Source: Escherichia phage vB_EcoP-101117UKE2
Sequence record: MZ234019.1
Direction: 5' to 3' (one strand)
DNA: 44,526 nt
The position numbers and the translations under genes were made by a program. How positions within the stretch are numbered: the stretch's first letter is position 1; the number at the start of each line of letters is the position of its first letter. Of the stretch, positions 7,661 through 17,196 are shown piece by piece. The notes under the pieces are model-generated. The model did not search any database, was not told where the DNA came from, and saw only the letters and a program-made list of their open reading frames with translations.

Positions 7661-10193
7661 TTGGAAGAAGGAAGCAGAAGGCCGCATCCTCGTCATGGAC
7701 GCAGAAGCTAAAGGTCTGCTTGATGCTATCCGCTACGGTCATCGTGAAGATGTACACATCATTTGCTGCATGGACTTGCTCACCACTGAGGAGTTCCTCT
7801 TCTTCGACCCATATGAGATGCGTGACCCTGAAGCAAGAGAACGCCTGAAGGAGTGGGAAGGCCATCAAGATGGTGACTTGGTTGACGGTGTTAACTTCCT
7901 GAAACACTGTGAAGCTATCGTGTCACAGAACTTCCTAGGGTATGACGGCCTCCTTTTTGAGAAAGCCTTCCCTGATATCTGGAAAGGTTTTAACTATACC
8001 GAAAGGCGCGGCAAGGGCAGACTCCGTGCCGACCTGTGTCCTGTGCGAGTCATGGACACGCTGGTGATGAGCCGCCTGTTAAACCCCGATAGACGCCTTC
8101 CTCCGCAAGCATATGCCAAAGGTATGGGTAACGTCGCCCCTCATTCAATTGAGGCGCACGGCATCCGTATAGGACGCTATAAGCCGGAGAATGAGGACTG
8201 GTCTAAACTAACTGACCACATGGTTCACCGTGTCCGCGAGGACGTGGCAATCGGTCGTGACCTTTTCCTGTGGCTGTACAATGGAGAGTGGACGGAGCAT
8301 AAACGCCGTGGCGTGAATAAACGCACTGGCCTAGGCATTGAGACAGCCTTCCACATGGAGTCTATTGTGGCGCTGGAGATGAGCCGTCAGGCAGAGCGTG
8401 GATTCCGTCTGGATATTGACAAAGCACTAGCGCGATGCGAAGAACTGGACGCTAAGATTGATGAGACAGTCGCAGCGTTCCGCCCTCACATGCCTATGCG
8501 TATCAAGTCTAAACCTTTTAAACCGGAAGAAAAGAATGAAGTATGCCAACGCGCAAATGAGTATGGAGCTAGCAACAATATACCTACTGTCCTTGACCCC
8601 TCACACTTTCTTCATGCCGAGAGACGAGGAGATCGCAAGACAGTATGGAGTGTCACTACTAAGTCTGGTGATTGGTCGGCTAGCGTCAAGAAAGACTTTC
8701 CTCACCTTAGAGGAAACCGTAATGACACGCCAAGCATCAAGTGGATTGGCGCTTACTCGCCTGTTACTTTCGAAGAGATTCCCTTGGGTAACAGGGATAC
8801 AGTTAAGCAAGTGCTCTATGATTATGGATGGAAAGGTGTTGAATTTAACGATACCGAGCAAGCGCATCTCGATGAGCATGGCGTATTACCCAAACCTTGG
8901 AGTGGAAAGATAAATGAGAAATCCCTTACTTTATGGCAAGAAAGAGCCGCACGTGAAGGTAAAACAGTACCAGATTGGTGCTTGGGTATCGCTGCATGGT
9001 ACATACTCGTATCCCGTCGTGGTCAGATCCTCAACCGTGGTGACGTTGAAGCCTTCGATCAGAAGGGGGCGTGGCCTTCGCAAGCTGGTGTACGAAAGTG
9101 TCGCGGCCTTATACCTGTAGCCTTTAACAAGGAATTAGGAATCAATGCGCAACAATACTACGAGAGGTATGGGTATTGGCCTACGTCTGACAAGGATGAC
9201 GGAGAGTGGCGTGTGCCAGCTATTGCTATTAGTATTGGCACTTCTACGTTCCGTATGCGTCATCGCAATGTGGTTAATATTCCTGCCCGTGGCTTGTACC
9301 CTTTACGTGATTTATTCATAGCAGGTAAAGGTAAGCTAATCCTTGGTTGTGATGGTGCAGGTCTTGAACTACGTGTACTTTCTCACTTCATGAATGACCC
9401 TGAGTACCAAGATATTGTACTGCATGGTGATATACATACTCATAACCAGATGAAGGCGGGTCTTCCTAAGCGTGATATGGCGAAGACATTTATATATGCC
9501 TTCCTTTACGGCTCTGGTATAGCTAACCTTGCAGCAGTGTGCGGTGTTACTGAGGAAGAAATGAAGGAAGTTGTGGCAAGATTCGAGATTGAATTACCAT
9601 CCCTTGCACGTCTTCGTGAGAATGTTATCGCACAAGGCAACAAGTTTGGATACTTACAAGCACCTGACGGGCATTGGGGTCGCATCCGTATGTCTGGTGG
9701 AGAACTTAAAGAGCACACTATGCTTAATGTATTACTCCAAATGACTGGCTCTTTGTGTATGAAATACGCATTGGTCAAAGCGTTTGCAGTGATGCGCAAG
9801 GAAGGTGTGGCCTTAGATAGTATGGGACACCCTTGTGGTGTAGCTAACGTGCACGATGAAATCCAGATGGAAGTACCTGAAGAAGAGGTATTGTATCTTA
9901 ACTACGACCTACCTTTCACCTTAGAGGGGTTTGAAACAGAGAAGGCTGCTGTGAAAGCAGTATTCGATGCAGAGGAGAAACGTGTTCATGTGGATTCTGA
10001 AGGACGTATGTGGTCTGCTGCAAATCTCATTAGTGTTGATGCTGCTGCTGGTGTACTTCATTGCCAGCGTCGTTATCACCGCGCAGGGCATATCATTGCC
10101 GACGCCATGACTTGGGCTGGTCAGTATCTGAAGATGCGTTGCCCGATGGCAGGCGAGTATAAGATTGGCGCAAGCTGGAAGGAAACGCACTAG
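7647..10193 (+). CDS. DNA polymerase, family A (T7 gp5-like)
   Basis: Exo motif VMDAEAKG; pol motifs DGAGLELRVLSHF, KTFIYAFLYGSG, HDEIQMEV; start chosen at ATG 7647 (GAGG RBS), alternative in-frame ATG at 7620. Confidence 0.95.
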   Translation: MKTIDWKKEAEGRILVMDAEAKGLLDAIRYGHREDVHIICCMDLLTTEEFLFFDPYEMRDPEARERLKEWEGHQDGDLVDGVNFLKHCEAIVSQNFLGYDGLLFEKAFPDIWKGFNYTERRGKGRLRADLCPVRVMDTLVMSRLLNPDRRLPPQAYAKGMGNVAPHSIEAHGIRIGRYKPENEDWSKLTDHMVHRVREDVAIGRDLFLWLYNGEWTEHKRRGVNKRTGLGIETAFHMESIVALEMSRQAERGFRLDIDKALARCEELDAKIDETVAAFRPHMPMRIKSKPFKPEEKNEVCQRANEYGASNNIPTVLDPSHFLHAERRGDRKTVWSVTTKSGDWSASVKKDFPHLRGNRNDTPSIKWIGAYSPVTFEEIPLGNRDTVKQVLYDYGWKGVEFNDTEQAHLDEHGVLPKPWSGKINEKSLTLWQERAAREGKTVPDWCLGIAAWYILVSRRGQILNRGDVEAFDQKGAWPSQAGVRKCRGLIPVAFNKELGINAQQYYERYGYWPTSDKDDGEWRVPAIAISIGTSTFRMRHRNVVNIPARGLYPLRDLFIAGKGKLILGCDGAGLELRVLSHFMNDPEYQDIVLHGDIHTHNQMKAGLPKRDMAKTFIYAFLYGSGIANLAAVCGVTEEEMKEVVARFEIELPSLARLRENVIAQGNKFGYLQAPDGHWGRIRMSGGELKEHTMLNVLLQMTGSLCMKYALVKAFAVMRKEGVALDSMGHPCGVANVHDEIQMEVPEEEVLYLNYDLPFTLEGFETEKAAVKAVFDAEEKRVHVDSEGRMWSAANLISVDAAAGVLHCQRRYHRAGHIIADAMTWAGQYLKMRCPMAGEYKIGASWKETH

Positions 10194-10376
10194 TGGATAG
10201 ATTAGATATTGTTTGCTTGTTCTTTACCTTCTTTCTTGTCTTTCTTATGCTTGCTTGTTATGGAAGTATTCAGGTAAATATACCTGATGAAGAGGAAGGG
10301 TACGACTGAGTTATACTCAAGGTCACTTACGAGTGGCCTTTATGAATAACTTACTCCTACTTATTTTGTCTAACAT

Positions 10377-10399
10377 GATTTACTGGACACTATAGAAGG
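10377..10399 (+). promoter_or_regulatory. phage RNAP promoter ATTTACTGGACACTATAGAAGGA
   Basis: Consensus match. Confidence 0.8.
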
Positions 10400-10464
10400 A
10401 AAGCCTAGGTAATCTAGGTTTATAAGGTAGTATAGGTAATTAAGTAAATATAGGAGATATAAAT

Positions 10465-10842
10465 ATGTCTATGGTAACTACTCTGGTATTCGTAGCTCAA
10501 TACTTTCGTGGCCTGGCTAATAAGTTTAAACAGAAAGCAATCTTTGCAATTCAAGAACGTATTAATAAAATTGAAGAAGAACAAGTAGATGTAGAGGAAC
10601 ATCGTAGTTCTCAGATGATTGACCTGCATAATCGTCTGTACAAAGATCGTGATGAGATGCGTCACCGTCATGCGAAGGAAGTTGAAGACATGCTTAACCG
10701 CCATGCGGAAGAACAAGCTAAGTTGGAAACCACTTTCCATGAGGATAAACGTAGCATCGCTCTAGCACATCAAGCTGCATCGGATAGCCTGAAGAAAGAG
10801 ATTGTTATGCTGGAGATTGAGTTAGACAATCTTACCAAATAA
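10465..10842 (+). CDS. hypothetical coiled-coil protein (125 aa)
   Basis: ATG with AGGAG RBS; charged heptad-like sequence. Confidence 0.65.
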   Translation: MSMVTTLVFVAQYFRGLANKFKQKAIFAIQERINKIEEEQVDVEEHRSSQMIDLHNRLYKDRDEMRHRHAKEVEDMLNRHAEEQAKLETTFHEDKRSIALAHQAASDSLKKEIVMLEIELDNLTK

Positions 10843-10863
10843 TTACTGGACACTATAGAACAA
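10841..10863 (+). promoter_or_regulatory. phage RNAP promoter variant AATTACTGGACACTATAGAACAA
   Basis: Core match, overlaps stop of upstream gene. Confidence 0.65.
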
Positions 10864-11004
10864 TAGGTCGGCTTAGTTCGGCCTATGATTGTAAAGTGTT
10901 GAACCTTATTGTGCATCTTGCACAACCCGATACCGTATCGGGCTTTCTAGTGAGTACATGCTTGTGCTCAGTACAAAGCTAACTGACAATAGGAGACTAA
11001 ATAA

Positions 11005-11811
11005 ATGGCACGTGGTGATTTTGATTTTGGTGCTCAAGTTACTAAAGCTGAAGGTAAAGTATTTAAGAACCCAGAAGTAGGTGATCATGAAGCAGTTATC
11101 TCTGGCATCATTCATGTTGGTTCCTTCCAAGACATCTTTAAGAAAGGTAATACCACTGAAGTTAAGAAGCCAGCAAACTTTGTTCTGGTTAAGATTATCC
11201 TGATGGGTGACGATGACAAGAACGAAGATGATTCTCGCATGGAACAATGGATGGCTGTGCCTCTGAAGTCTGGTGATAAGGCAACACTGACTAAGTTCCT
11301 GAATGCAGTTGACCCTAAAGAATTGCTTGGTGGCTTCGATGACTTCATTGGTGAATGCCTGACTGCAACCATGGTTGGCTCTGGTGATAAGAATGACGAT
11401 GGCTCATTCAAGTATGTTAACTGGAAGGGCTTTGGTGGTATGCCTGACAAGCTGAAGAAACTTGTAATTGCTCAGGTTGAAGAAGAAGGTCTGTCTATGA
11501 CAGGTCACATTACCTTTGACAAGCTGACCAAAGAAATCCTTGATGACATTCCTGCTAACTTGGTACGCCAATACTTCCTGAATGAAACCCCTCGTGGTAA
11601 GAACCTGTCTGTTGCTGGTTCTCACGTAGAAGAAATCATTAAAGCTGCTCGTGAAGAAGACCCTGAGTGGAAGAAGGCTAAGAAGAAAGATGACGAGGAT
11701 GCTACTCCAGCTAATCGTAAGTCTCTGGACACTGGCGAGTCTGTTCCACAGGAAGTGCCGGAGGCAGAGGACACTCCTGCACCGGAAATGGATGAAGACG
11801 CGGAATACTAA
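11005..11811 (+). CDS. putative ssDNA-binding protein (268 aa) with acidic C-terminal tail
   Basis: AGGAG RBS; highly biased codon usage; C-terminus ...PEMDEDAEY as in phage SSB tails; function inferred only. Confidence 0.7.
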   Translation: MARGDFDFGAQVTKAEGKVFKNPEVGDHEAVISGIIHVGSFQDIFKKGNTTEVKKPANFVLVKIILMGDDDKNEDDSRMEQWMAVPLKSGDKATLTKFLNAVDPKELLGGFDDFIGECLTATMVGSGDKNDDGSFKYVNWKGFGGMPDKLKKLVIAQVEEEGLSMTGHITFDKLTKEILDDIPANLVRQYFLNETPRGKNLSVAGSHVEEIIKAAREEDPEWKKAKKKDDEDATPANRKSLDTGESVPQEVPEAEDTPAPEMDEDAEY

Positions 11812-11820
11812 GGAGGGATG

Positions 11821-12039
11821 ATGAAGGTACAAATCGTAACCCTGCACTGCAAGAGGGGTATTACAACACTTGGCGGCAATACTTTTCACTCCTTCTCTGA
11901 AGGGGAGACATACGCCGACCTGCACTACATCTGGCGCGATGGACAGCACGTGGTGAACTACAGCGACCCAGCTACGGGGAAACGCCACGGCGTATCGCTT
12001 CCGGCGCATGACATTGCTCAGGTGAACACAGTCTTATAA
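11821..12039 (+). CDS. hypothetical protein (about 72 aa)
   Basis: AGGAGGG RBS; ATG 11821 preferred over 11818 on spacing. Confidence 0.55.
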   Translation: MKVQIVTLHCKRGITTLGGNTFHSFSEGETYADLHYIWRDGQHVVNYSDPATGKRHGVSLPAHDIAQVNTVL

Positions 12040-12040
12040 A

Positions 12041-12056
12041 GTCTCACGTGTGAGAC
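12041..12056. repeat. 16-bp palindrome variant GTCTCACGTGTGAGAC (copy 5)
   Basis: Immediately after upstream stop codon and 16 nt before a promoter. Confidence 0.9.
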
Positions 12057-12071
12057 AAATAGGTGTCCGGT

Positions 12072-12094
12072 ATTTACTGGACACTATAGAAGAG
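12072..12094 (+). promoter_or_regulatory. phage RNAP promoter ATTTACTGGACACTATAGAAGAG
   Basis: Consensus match. Confidence 0.8.
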
Positions 12095-12143
12095 AAGAAT
12101 TTTAATCGGCGATAATGCCATAACTAACAAAGGAGAATTTAAT

Positions 12144-12512
12144 ATGTTCAAGATTGAAACTATCGTAAACCGTGTTGTTAAAGGTGCTGCTCTGGTGTCC
12201 GTTGAATCTTTCATTATCGTCGATGAAGCTGATCAACTGGTAGCTGGCACTAAGGCTTACGATACCCGTGAAGAAGCTCAGGCTAAGATTGACAGCATGG
12301 GTAACTTTGCTGCTGGTCTGGAGTTCGCTCGTGCTTGCTTCCCTGAGCAGGCTGACAAAGCACAGATTGGTAAGGCTAATATCGTAGCTGAATATCTGGA
12401 TTGGGTTGCTGCTGGTAAACCAGTGAAAGAAGCTAAGGCTGAAGAAGCTGAAGCTCCTGCAGTAGAAGAAACCAAAGCAGAAGAAGCTCTGTCTGCTGAA
12501 GAGGAATTTTAA
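12144..12512 (+). CDS. hypothetical abundant protein (122 aa) with acidic C-terminal tail ending EEEF
   Basis: AAGGAG RBS; high-expression codon bias; followed by phage-type terminator. Confidence 0.7.
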   Translation: MFKIETIVNRVVKGAALVSVESFIIVDEADQLVAGTKAYDTREEAQAKIDSMGNFAAGLEFARACFPEQADKAQIGKANIVAEYLDWVAAGKPVKEAKAEEAEAPAVEETKAEEALSAEEEF

Positions 12513-12518
12513 TTGATG

Positions 12519-12552
12519 CCCTGTCTGCCTTAGTGTAGGCAGGGTCTTTTGT
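12519..12552 (+). terminator. phage-type (T-phi-like) terminator hairpin
   Basis: Stem CCCTGTCTG/TAGGCAGGG, 8-nt loop, then TCTTTTGTG; near-identical in architecture to element at 21622. Confidence 0.55.
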
Positions 12553-12576
12553 GTAATAGTTATTGGAGAATGAATT

Positions 12577-12870
12577 ATGCCGACTATTGAAGAACGTTTC
12601 CTGATTCACGTAGACTTCTCACCCATACATCTTGGTTATCTTATCACTATTCTCTTAGGGGAGGAGGTTTATCTACATAATTACCTTATACCTGAATATG
12701 TATGTTTTAGGGATAAGATACACCCGCTTACTTGGGCACAAGAGTGGCTGCGTGAACATGTGCTGAAGGAGTGGCCTACATGCGACCAAACTTCGACTTC
12801 GGAGCTACAGTATCGGAAGACAATAATCTCATCCTGTGGCCGACTGAAGGTGAGAGAATCGCTCTCATAG
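12577..12870 (+). CDS. hypothetical protein (97 aa), overlaps exonuclease start
   Basis: ATG with GGAGA RBS; 3' part overlaps the next gene in another frame. Confidence 0.4.
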   Translation: MPTIEERFLIHVDFSPIHLGYLITILLGEEVYLHNYLIPEYVCFRDKIHPLTWAQEWLREHVLKEWPTCDQTSTSELQYRKTIISSCGRLKVRESLS

Positions 12871-13808
12871 ATGCTGACATGTTACCTTATATCGTAGGGT
12901 ACACAATCAGTGACATGACTTATGTACGAGCCACAACTCGTGTTAAGTCAGGACAAGTCCAATCAATCAAAGATACACCTGAGTGTAAGCAAGCATGTGA
13001 CCGTGTGAACTCCTTGCTTAACTCTTGGGTGTATGCAGCAGAGTGTGATGCAGCTAAGCTATTCATGACAAAATCAGAAGCTAACTTCCGTGTTCGCCTA
13101 GCATTCACCAAGCCTTATAAGGGTCAACGTAAGACCGAGAAGCCTCCATTCTTCTATGAATTACGAGAGCATCTCTTAGAGGTGCATGGTGCAATCTTGG
13201 CTGATGGTGAGGAAGCAGATGACCTAATGAGCATCGCACAATGGGACAGCCATCGCCGCTTCCAGCAAGATACAGGTAACGAGTTCCCTATCGGTAGTCC
13301 AGAGCATAAAGCATTCTCTGATACTTGCATCGTTTCCTTAGATAAGGATTTGATGATTGTTCCCGGTTGGCATCTACTGCCGGGAGGTGAGAAGAAATGG
13401 GTAGAGCCTATGGGTTGGCTTGAGCTACGCCGCAAGGCTAATGGTCAAGTGAAAGACCTTAAAGGTGCTGGCCTCATGTTCCATTATGCACAGATGATTA
13501 TCGGTGATGACATAGATAATTATGCTGGCATACCTGGGCGTGGAGCTAAATATGCCTATGATCTTCTCAAAGATTGCAAGACAGAGAAAGAGTTGTACAT
13601 GGCAGTGCTTGGTGCTTACAAGGCTAAGTTCGGACATGGACAAGTTAAGATTAAGAATTACCGAGGTGGTTATCGTATCGGCAAGGCTTTTGATCTCATG
13701 CTTGAATGTGGTCGCCTAGCTCACATGGCGAGATTCAAAGGTGATATATGGCGAGCCGATAAGAATGAAATCTTATGGGGAGAAGGTGATGGATGGCTAG
13801 TAAACTAA
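12780..13808 (+). CDS. 5'-3' exonuclease (T7 gp6-like, FEN family)
   Basis: Motifs IALIDADML, SLDKDLMIVPG, GDDIDNYAGIPGRG matching T7 gp6; ATG 12780 with AAGGAG RBS (track GTG 12771). Confidence 0.9.
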   Translation: MRPNFDFGATVSEDNNLILWPTEGERIALIDADMLPYIVGYTISDMTYVRATTRVKSGQVQSIKDTPECKQACDRVNSLLNSWVYAAECDAAKLFMTKSEANFRVRLAFTKPYKGQRKTEKPPFFYELREHLLEVHGAILADGEEADDLMSIAQWDSHRRFQQDTGNEFPIGSPEHKAFSDTCIVSLDKDLMIVPGWHLLPGGEKKWVEPMGWLELRRKANGQVKDLKGAGLMFHYAQMIIGDDIDNYAGIPGRGAKYAYDLLKDCKTEKELYMAVLGAYKAKFGHGQVKIKNYRGGYRIGKAFDLMLECGRLAHMARFKGDIWRADKNEILWGEGDGWLVN

Positions 13809-14203
13809 AATCTTCAGAGGTGGCAGCTTATAAGAAAGAGCTTATGGAGAAGCAAGGTTGGAAGTGTCCTCTGTGCGGAGGCAGCCTTAAGGCAGTAAGT
13901 CCTATCAACCGTGTACTTGACCATGATCATGAGACAGGTTTCTGTCGTGCTGTTGTGTGTCGTGGCTGCAACGGTGCAGAAGGAAAGATTAAGGGTGTTA
14001 TATCTGGCTACGGAAAGGCAGGTAATAACCGCTACTTCCAACTACAATGGTTAGAACGCCTGTATAACTACTGGAAGTTGCATAGTGCACCTCAGACAGA
14101 TAAGTTATATCATAATCATAAAACGGAGGCAGAGAAACGAGAGGCTAAAAATCGTAAGGCTCGCCTTGCTTATGCAAGAAAGAAGGAGGTTAAGAGTGGC
14201 TAA
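13793..14203 (+). CDS. endonuclease VII-type Holliday junction resolvase (136 aa)
   Basis: CPLCG...LDHDHETG...VCRGCNGAEG matches T4 endonuclease VII zinc/HNH-like signature. Confidence 0.85.
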   Translation: MASKLKSSEVAAYKKELMEKQGWKCPLCGGSLKAVSPINRVLDHDHETGFCRAVVCRGCNGAEGKIKGVISGYGKAGNNRYFQLQWLERLYNYWKLHSAPQTDKLYHNHKTEAEKREAKNRKARLAYARKKEVKSG

Positions 14204-15203
14204 ACTTCGTAGCCTTTATAAAGACTCCGAGGTGCTTGATGCAATCGAGCAAGCTACCGACGAGAAAGGTAATGTTAACTATAATGAGATGGCGAAGGTT
14301 CTATCTAGCCACCCTGTGGGTAAGAAGATCACCCGTCAACTTGCTCGCTACTGGCATGGTCAGTTCAAGAAGACCAAGAAGAATGGTGATTATTACCAGA
14401 CTCTTCTGCAAGAGGATAAGCGTATCAAAGAAGAGCGTAAGCTCAGGACTCCTGACCGCTACGAGGATTTGGCTATTGTACCATTGCCTGACTCGCCTCA
14501 TCGAAGTGTACTGGTGATCCCTGATACTCATGCACCTTATGAGCACCCAGATACCTTAGAATTCCTTGCAGCAGTGGCAGCACGTTATCGACCAGACACA
14601 GTGGTACATCTTGGAGATGAGGCAGATAAACATGCCCTGTCATTCCATGATTCGGATCCAAATTTGGACAGTGCTGGCATGGAGTTAGAGAAGGCTCGTG
14701 TCTTCATGCACAAGTTGCACAAGATGTTCCCTGTGATGCGCCTGTGTCATTCTAACCATGGCTCTATGCACTTCCGTAAGGCAAGCGCCAAGGGTATTCC
14801 AGTACAATATCTGCGTACCTATCGTGAAGTCTTCTTTCCGAATGGAGGTGGCGACCAGTGGGACTGGCAGCATACCCACGTTCTTGAGTTGCCGAATGGT
14901 GAACAGGTGGCATTCAAGCACCAACCTGCTGGCTCTGTCCTAGCAGATGCAGCACACGAGCGTATGAACCTTGTGTGTGGTCACTTGCATGGTAAGATGT
15001 CGGTAGAGTATGCACGTAATACACATGAACAGTATTGGGCTGTGCAGGGTGGCTGTCTGATTGATGAGTCCTCTCGTGCATTTGCCTATGGTCGTGAGTC
15101 TAAATACAAGCCAGCATTAGGTTGTGTGGTTATTCTGGAAGGTGTGCCTCATATTGTCCCGATGCAGACCAATAGTGACAATCGCTGGATTGGTAAGATT
15201 TAG
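14196..15203 (+). CDS. calcineurin-like metallophosphoesterase (about 335 aa)
   Basis: Motifs IPDTHAP, HLGDEAD, CHSNHG, CGHLHG; GTG start 14196 with AGGAGG RBS inside endo VII 3' end (track start 14085). Confidence 0.75.
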   Translation: MAKLRSLYKDSEVLDAIEQATDEKGNVNYNEMAKVLSSHPVGKKITRQLARYWHGQFKKTKKNGDYYQTLLQEDKRIKEERKLRTPDRYEDLAIVPLPDSPHRSVLVIPDTHAPYEHPDTLEFLAAVAARYRPDTVVHLGDEADKHALSFHDSDPNLDSAGMELEKARVFMHKLHKMFPVMRLCHSNHGSMHFRKASAKGIPVQYLRTYREVFFPNGGGDQWDWQHTHVLELPNGEQVAFKHQPAGSVLADAAHERMNLVCGHLHGKMSVEYARNTHEQYWAVQGGCLIDESSRAFAYGRESKYKPALGCVVILEGVPHIVPMQTNSDNRWIGKI

Positions 15204-15220
15204 TTGACACTATAGAACAA
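15198..15220 (+). promoter_or_regulatory. phage RNAP promoter variant ATTTAGTTGACACTATAGAACAA
   Basis: Closer to classical SP6 consensus ATTTAGGTGACACTATAG; overlaps upstream stop. Confidence 0.65.
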
Positions 15221-15271
15221 AGGGCAGGTAATGTCTTGCCCTTGATTGTATAGTGAATGGAGGAATTAATT

Positions 15272-15757
15272 ATGTCAGAGACTGATATTAGAAAGATTGA
15301 TATTGGAGAGTACGTCGTACGCCGTGCAGCTTACCGAGATGCCAACTGGAATAAACTGTGTGAAAGACTAAACAAGAAACCAGATGAGGTATTCAAAGTA
15401 TCCAGTGCAGAACCTAATTATAACTCTATCATGTTAGAAGGTGTTGAGAAGCGCGAATGGTATGCGCCTTACTTCCATGTTGTTGACTCATTGCAAGGTG
15501 AAGAACCTAACACGTTGGACAACAATATGGTTACTAAGCCGAAGCACTATGAGTTCTTCGAAGGTGTAGAAGCGATTACTATCATTGCCCGCAGCATGAC
15601 CGAGAAGCAATTCGCTGGCTATTGCATGGGTAATGCTTTGAAGTACCGCCTACGTGCAGGTAAGAAGTTCAACACTGAAGAAGACCTGAAGAAAGCAGAC
15701 TACTATAAGGAGTTATTCCAGAAGCATCGTCACGAATGTATTGATGAGGATATTTGA
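15272..15757 (+). CDS. conserved phage hypothetical protein (about 161 aa) with KPKHY and GNALKYRLRAG motifs
   Basis: ATG 15272 downstream of GGAGG; motif pattern resembles a widespread phage protein family of unknown function (recollection, unverified). Confidence 0.65.
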   Translation: MSETDIRKIDIGEYVVRRAAYRDANWNKLCERLNKKPDEVFKVSSAEPNYNSIMLEGVEKREWYAPYFHVVDSLQGEEPNTLDNNMVTKPKHYEFFEGVEAITIIARSMTEKQFAGYCMGNALKYRLRAGKKFNTEEDLKKADYYKELFQKHRHECIDEDI

Positions 15758-15758
15758 T

Positions 15759-15932
15759 ATGGAAGTTAAATTGTACAGAGGTTATTTTGGCAACTTGTAC
15801 AAAGTAAGTCGCAAGGGTTCTATATTAACATCCAATGATGAAGGTGCAACGTGGTATTTAAGTGCCTATGGTTCTGACTTAGCGTACTTTAAAGAGGCAA
15901 TAGTCAAAGGTGTGATGAAGGAGGTGAAATGA
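15759..15932 (+). CDS. hypothetical protein (57 aa)
   Basis: ATG 15759 with GAGGA RBS; track ORF begins at TTG 15741. Confidence 0.4.
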   Translation: MEVKLYRGYFGNLYKVSRKGSILTSNDEGATWYLSAYGSDLAYFKEAIVKGVMKEVK

Positions 15933-16876
15933 ACATCTTCCAATTCCTAGGCCTTCCAGAAGATCACCGCAATCATCCATTCATGCTGGTGAAACATCGC
16001 GGTGAAGTTCCTGAGAAGAAATTAACTTTTCCATGTTATGCACAGGTGAAACGAGATGGTATATTCAGTGCTGTTGTGGTGCGTAATGATGGTGCTGTTG
16101 CCATCTTTGGTCGTACTGGTAAGAAGCTCGCAAATGTTGAAGCCTTGGAAAAGACATTTAGTGTATTTCCTGTCGGGTTGTATCTTGGTGAGTTGCAATC
16201 TATGGCTGTTGATGTTTATCTTGAAGCTCTATCAGGAGTGGTAAACCCTAATCGTACAGAGCCACTTGATTTCATAGGCCAGCAGATTAAAGACAACCTG
16301 TATATCGACTTCTTCGATATGTTAACCATTAAGGCATTCCATGACGGATTCACTGATGTTTCTTATCTCAAACGTTACGATGCTTTATATCGTCGCATCG
16401 GCACTCATCTTAGCGGGTACAACGCTATCCTTCCTATTACTCCTTGCCATAATGAGCGAGAAGTTGAAGCATTTGCGCAAGAGCAAATAGATGCAGGCCG
16501 AGAGGGTGCTGTGTTTAAACTGGACTGCGATTACGAAGCAGGCCATAAAGGTTATCGTCAGACTAAAGAAGTCCGTAAGGTAACTTATGACCTTACTTGT
16601 ATTGGCTTTGAAGAAGGCAAAGGTAAGTACAAGGGTAAGGTAGCTAACCTCATTTTCAAATGGAAAGGAGGCAAGACAATCAAAGCTATGCTAGGTAAGG
16701 GGTGGACTCATGCAGATGCAGAACAGATGTTCCATGATATTAAACATGGCGGACGATTGAATGTCATTGGTAAAATCTTTGAAGTCAAAGGTCTTCAGGA
16801 TTCAAGCAAGGGCAACATTCGTCAGCCCAAAGCGGGAGAATTAAGACATGACAAAGATGAACCAGATTTCTTTTGA
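15929..16876 (+). CDS. ATP-dependent DNA ligase (315 aa)
   Basis: Adenylation motif AQVKRDG (KxDG), EGAVFK; GGAGG RBS. Confidence 0.9.
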   Translation: MNIFQFLGLPEDHRNHPFMLVKHRGEVPEKKLTFPCYAQVKRDGIFSAVVVRNDGAVAIFGRTGKKLANVEALEKTFSVFPVGLYLGELQSMAVDVYLEALSGVVNPNRTEPLDFIGQQIKDNLYIDFFDMLTIKAFHDGFTDVSYLKRYDALYRRIGTHLSGYNAILPITPCHNEREVEAFAQEQIDAGREGAVFKLDCDYEAGHKGYRQTKEVRKVTYDLTCIGFEEGKGKYKGKVANLIFKWKGGKTIKAMLGKGWTHADAEQMFHDIKHGGRLNVIGKIFEVKGLQDSSKGNIRQPKAGELRHDKDEPDFF

Positions 16877-17063
16877 TAGTATGAAGGCGACTCGTGCTGT
16901 TGAGGTAGCAGAAGCTATCTTTGAAACTTTATCTTGCGGCATGGAAGTGCCATATACTTTACTGGCTGATGCAGAAGAACTTGGTCTTTCTGTAGAAGCT
17001 ATCCAAGAGAAAGTTGAGGAACTCTATGGTACAGACGAAGAAGAAACCGACGATTTCATTTGA
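16848..17063 (+). CDS. hypothetical acidic protein (71 aa)
   Basis: ATG with GGAGA RBS. Confidence 0.5.
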   Translation: MTKMNQISFDSMKATRAVEVAEAIFETLSCGMEVPYTLLADAEELGLSVEAIQEKVEELYGTDEEETDDFI

Positions 17064-17067
17064 GGGG

Positions 17068-17196
17068 ATGGAGATGCTTGAGATGATTCTCAAGCCTTCT
17101 TCTCCGAAAGTAACTAAGACTCATGAAGAGTTAATCGTAGATGAAGTGAAGCGTTACATTATGGATTGTGTCAAGGCACAACTGGTAGTCCAATGA
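17068..17196 (+). CDS. small hypothetical protein (42 aa)
   Basis: ATG after GAGGGG; stop overlaps next start (ATGA). Confidence 0.3.
   Translation: MEMLEMILKPSSPKVTKTHEELIVDEVKRYIMDCVKAQLVVQ

Noticed and set aside
8458-8913. 151-aa + strand ORF in an alternative frame inside the DNA polymerase gene
   Set aside because: Fully embedded in a conserved polymerase coding region with no RBS.
11404-12009. 201-aa minus-strand ORF, and similar minus-strand ORFs across the window (for example 36902-37339, 20649-21053, 29077-29457)
   Set aside because: They lie antisense to well-supported + strand genes, lack RBS and synteny, and T7-supergroup genomes are transcribed from one strand; treated as shadow ORFs.
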